A program made the translations under genes and the position numbers. This document shows, piece after piece, positions 59,701 to 64,000 of a DNA stretch of 64,000 bases. Position 1 is the stretch's first letter. Each line of letters starts with the position of its first letter. Below the pieces are notes generated by a model. That model did not search any database and was not told the DNA's origin. It saw nothing but the letters and a program-made list of their open reading frames with translations. Origin of the DNA: Lama glama (lineage: Eukaryota); contig CM052851.1 in the NCBI GenBank assembly GCA_028534125.1, forward strand, positions 248,001 through 312,000, given 5' to 3'.

Positions 59701-62700
59701 CTGAGGGGCCGTGTGCTCGTGGAGCAGGGTGAGGAGGTGCTCCCTTGGGGACCTGGCTGCAGAAGTCCTGAGCGACCTAGGGTCAGCCTGCCCTGGCAGA
59801 GTCGGCCCTGGTGCTCATGTGCCAAGGTGTCATCTGTTGACACGGGGACCTGAGTCCTGCAACCAATAAAACGTGAGGGGGACTCCCCAGCCAGCCGCCA
59901 GCACAGCTGTGTCCACCAGCCGCTGGCCTCTCTCTCCAGGCATTTCTCTGCCCCCTTGCTTCTCGGTCCTGGTCTGTGGTGGTGGAGCCACAGCCTTGGT
60001 TAGTTCAGGCTTAGACGTCTTGGGTTTTTGTTTTTGGTTTTGTTTGTTTGTTTGTTTGTTTTTTTGGCAAGTAAAGTGTTCCTTTAAATTGAGCAATAGG
60101 ACAGGGTGTTTGCTGTTAATCTTCTAGTCAATATCGTATTGGAATAATCGGAGAAGATAAAGGCTTAAACATTTGATTGGAAAAGGTGTTATTTGCACGT
60201 AATGATTTTAGCAGCGTAGGTGTTTTCTGAATGAACTGTTGGAATGGTAAGTTTAGCGAGATTGCTGGATGCGAGTTTAACAAACATTAAAAATTACAGT
60301 GCACTTAGAAATAAGACGTAAAAAGATACACAAGACGTTTAAAGAGCTTTTCTTAAATGCCTGAGACCGAATGAAGAAACACCACTTTCTGGAGGGAGTC
60401 TTATTCCGGAGATAGCAGTGGCCAGGCAAGTCCAGCAAAACCCTCACTGGGATGTTCGGGGCACTTGGTGGCTTGTGAGGGTCACACCAAGCTAATTGGG
60501 AACAAGGGAACAAGGGAGAGGCCCCTTACTGGATGGTCAAAGTTTCGTACGATAGTGAATGCGCTGGAGTCGGTCTCAGAATGGGAGCTAGACCCTAGGC
60601 ATGTGGCGGAGAGCCTGATGGGGATGGGCGTGCACAGCGGATGGCGGGGACAGGCTGCTCTCTGAGTGTGTGAGCCAGGTCAGGGGGCCCAGCCCACGCC
60701 CCACACAGTCCCTGTGGACTCAAGGTGGGATGTCAGCTGCACTCTTGAGACCTTCAGAAGGAAAGGCAGGTGGCCCTGTCGGAGGATGGGCAGCAGCTGT
60801 CACGGTGCATGCACCAAGAAAAGACTTGAGTGGAGAGCGCCCGACCCTGCCTCCTTGGCACCACCACGAGTGGCCTTTCCTGGCCGCTGGGAGGCTCAGA
60901 AGAAAGGCGAGTGCCCGTGCGTGGGGGTGGGAGCCCCGACTTCTCCAAGGGTGGGGATGTGCTATGTCCAGCCCTGAGGCTGTTGTGCTGTTCCCCTGTG
61001 AGCTGGCGGAGTGAGCCTGGAGGACAGGCCCGCGTGCACACAGCATTCCTTGTGCCTCCCAGACCAGAATGCGTGCACAGGTTCCCCGGGACCTGCCTGG
61101 CTGCCAGGAGCAGGTGCAGCCCAGCCCTGCCTAGGCCTTCAGTAAATACTGATTTGTAGTATGAAAGGAATTTTTGACTTTTAAGTGAATTCTTTGTTTT
61201 GAGACAATATTAATAATGGAAGTGATTCTGTAAGATTCTGATACGATTTTTATTTCTTACAGAATGCCAACTCCTGTCCAGTTGATCGAACTACATTTAG
61301 AAGTATTTGTATTCGAGCTCAGTTTGGCGGTAAAATTTTGAAGAAGGTGAGTGTAGGTGCTGCAGTGGCACCCCGCACCCCCCACCCCTACCCCCGAGTA
61401 CCACCCTGGCCCTGTCTCGTGAGAAAACATGCTTGCAGACAGCGATTGGCTTTCCTGAAGCTAGTGAGCACTGGCTTTTTAGAAACCCACTGAGATGCCA
61501 TTTGCAGCTTCCTCTCCACTCCTGCTCACCTTACTGCGCTCAGAGCTGCTTCCCTCTTGAGCCGCAGCAGGAGGTGTTGTCAGGGTGGGGCTGGGCCTGG
61601 GAGAGGAGACCAGCTCCCCAGGGCCAGATTTCTGAGGGTTCGCGGCAGAAATAGGAAGGCCGGGGAGGAGAAGGAAGGGGCCTGGTTCTTAATGAGAGAA
61701 GAGGCCTGCATACATCTGCTCTCGGTGAGGAGTGTGCTGGACACTCTCAGAGATGCACCTCACATCTCGCTGCGTCTTGTAGCCATAGTGGCTTTGGGCC
61801 CTGGCTCCTGGTGTGCAGACCTCTCCTGAGACTGGTGTCCTCCTAGCCATGCTCCAGGTCTATGCTGGTGACAGCAGCTTTGGTCTTGCTGACTTGGGCC
61901 TCCGGCTGCCTGTCCCAGCTGCCTCTGCTCTCCTGCCCGGAGGCCTCTGTGGTGTGCGGCCGCGTCCAATAGGCAGGCCGTGTCTACTCAGGCACCCGTT
62001 GGTGAAGCGTGTGACCCTGAACGCTGCTCCTCCACCAAGAGGCCACTCACACACAAGCTCCTCCAGCTGGAGAGCTGCGTGGTTCCGAGTCCAGCAGAGT
62101 CCAGGAGGCCAAGGAGGTCCCGAGTGTCCGCCTGGCGATAGGACAGAGGCAGAGAGTGTCACCTGCCATGAGCTTAGCGGAGGAAGTGTGGAGTGGAGGC
62201 CGTGGGCCTCAAGTGGGCTTGGGGGTGGCCCAGGCTCGGGGGGGCACATGGTGGCAAGCGTAATGGAGCTGGTTCAGGTCCCCAACACCCCTGCGAGGTG
62301 GGCTCTTTGCTTGGCGTGACAGTCACAGCTGTAGCACCTTCAGCGTCGTTCTTAAGGAGCTGCATGTTTGTGTCTCGGCCAGGTTATGTGACAGTTGCTG
62401 TCTTAACGCTGCTCCCTGTCCCCCGCCCGCCTGGTCTGTCTGGCGCTGCCAGTGCTCGGTGTCAACGCTGGGACCCTTCTATGGGTTGTGCTTTGTTTTC
62501 TGTTGGATCCCTTTTTTTCTCAGGGCTGAGCTCCTGCGACAGTTAGAAAACGCAGTGATCACTATGTGTGTGTCGGTCCACACCTCTGGGCCCAGAGCCC
62601 ATGCAGCTCTTGACCTGCTCTGGGTCAGCTGTAAGTGGTGATCTGAGCGACTCTGGGACTTGGGTCCCATGGCCCTGTGGTCAGCAGTGTGGTTCTGGTT

Positions 62701-62822
62701 CAGATTCCAGTGGAGAATGCCGGAGCTGGGGAGAACGAGGAGGAAGACCCGACCTTCTGTGAGGTGTGCGGACGGAGTGACCGGGAGGACCGCCTGCTCC
62801 TGTGTGACGGCTGTGACGCCGG
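56770..62822 (+). CDS. PHRF1: PHD and RING finger domain-containing protein 1, 5' partial; exons 56770-56863, 57185-57292, 59309-59523, 61263-61346, 62704-62822; continues beyond window
   Basis: MDDDSLDELV, acidic region, RING finger CPICLNTF...CTHYFCLDCIVEWSKNANSCPVDR, start of PHD CEVCGRSDREDRLLLCDGCDAG. GT-AG introns with compatible phases. Confidence 0.97.
60024..60065. repeat. (GTTT)n / T-rich simple repeat
   Basis: gtttttgtttttggttttgtttgtttgtttgtttgttttttt. Confidence 0.8.
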
Positions 62823-64000
62823 GTAAGCCTGCGGCCCATGTCCCGTCAGCTCGCGAGTTCCTGAGCCAGCCTCCGAGGCCCCATCCTTAAAGCAGCCTGC
62901 TCCAGGGTGTCCCGGGGCTGCACCACTGTGCTCAGTGACACGAAGTCCCCCAGAGGGGACAGTGGGGCCCTGGCACCCAGTGGTGTGCCCGTCTGTCCTC
63001 CGCACAGTGGCCCCCGTATGCTGCTTTGATTACTGCCACCTGTTCCCTCCCCGTCCCCAGATGATACCCTGAGATCACCTACAAAGATGCAAATAATACC
63101 TCAAGTAAGAAAGAAAAGGGGGCACATGAGAAGGGGCTGTGTGGGCGGGACCATGGGGGAACCACCCTTTCTTCGAGACCAGGGCACCAGGTGAACATTC
63201 CAGCCAGTGACACCCATGCTTCCTGGGCCCTGGCGGCTGAGAAACTTTCACTCTCATCTCTTGACACTGGTCGCGGTCCCTGCTTCTAGTCAGACCCTCT
63301 CCTTGCCCTGGAGGTGGGGCACCTGTGGAGTGCTTGCATGTCCCAGTGTGGATGGTCAGCCCCACCAGGGCCCCCCAACCTCCCCGCTCCCCCCCACCTC
63401 TCTGAACCTCCCCACACCTCCCGGCACCTCCCCACAACCCTGTACTACCTTGCACCCGCACGTTCAGTCTCTGGCTCACATTCGTCTTACTGTGGCAGCA
63501 GGCCAACCTCCCCAGGGTCTTGGCAGCATCTCCCACCTTCCTCCCCAGCTCCACCCCTGGGCTCACACCCCTGGTCTTCCTCCTTCCTCCGGAGTCTCAG
63601 ATGGTACCCACCCTTTGTGACAATTTCCTGAATGCTTGACCTCAGTGATCTTGCCTCTCGCGACTCCCAGAAGGTGGCCGTGTCTGAGTGGTGGTCCACA
63701 GCACGTTGTCACCCTAGGTCTGGACGGCAGAAATGGTGCCTTGGGTGTCCCGCAGGCTGTGCAGGCGCTGCACTGCTCTGGCACCTCACTCCGCACCCGG
63801 GTGGGGACACAGGGCTCCTGCATGGCTGCACCCCAAGCTCTGCTCCCACACGAATGCACCTTTTTTCCTGGAGCTGCGACAGCTCGGGGCCTGTGAAGGA
63901 AGGGCTGAGAATAGCTGGACGCTGCCCGAGAGGCCACACATGGTGAGAAAGTGAGACCAGGCCCTGGCTGCCGCACCCTTCACCTGGCTGGCCCCCGCCA

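Overview
Mammalian, GC-rich genomic DNA from the HRAS-LRRC56-LMNTD2-RASSF7-MIR210-PHRF1 block (syntenic with human 11p15.5). A tRNA-derived SINE of camelid type (Vic-1-like) suggests camel, alpaca or llama. The window is three contigs joined by two 500-N gaps (28048-28547, 47867-48366). Contig 1 holds the LRRC56/HRAS head-to-head CpG island, an intact HRAS (+) and, tail-to-tail with it, an intron-containing USP6NL/TBC1D3-family Rab-GAP pseudogene (-, about 7.0-14.7 kb). Contig 2 holds RASSF7 (-), LMNTD2 (+) and the 3' eight coding exons of LRRC56 (-). Contig 3 holds MIR210 with its promoter (-) and the 5' part of PHRF1 (+). Relative to the conserved gene order, contigs 1 and 2 each look flipped, splitting LRRC56; this is most likely a scaffolding error. 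The most interesting observations are (i) a remodelled HRAS IDX exon (2-nt shorter, stop codon lost) together with apparent loss of the 3'UTR intron, predicting an NMD-escaping 197-aa HRAS isoform, and (ii) the USP6NL-like unprocessed pseudogene. I see no evidence for a wholly new multi-gene system. Comparisons to human and mouse sequences are from memory and need checking by alignment.
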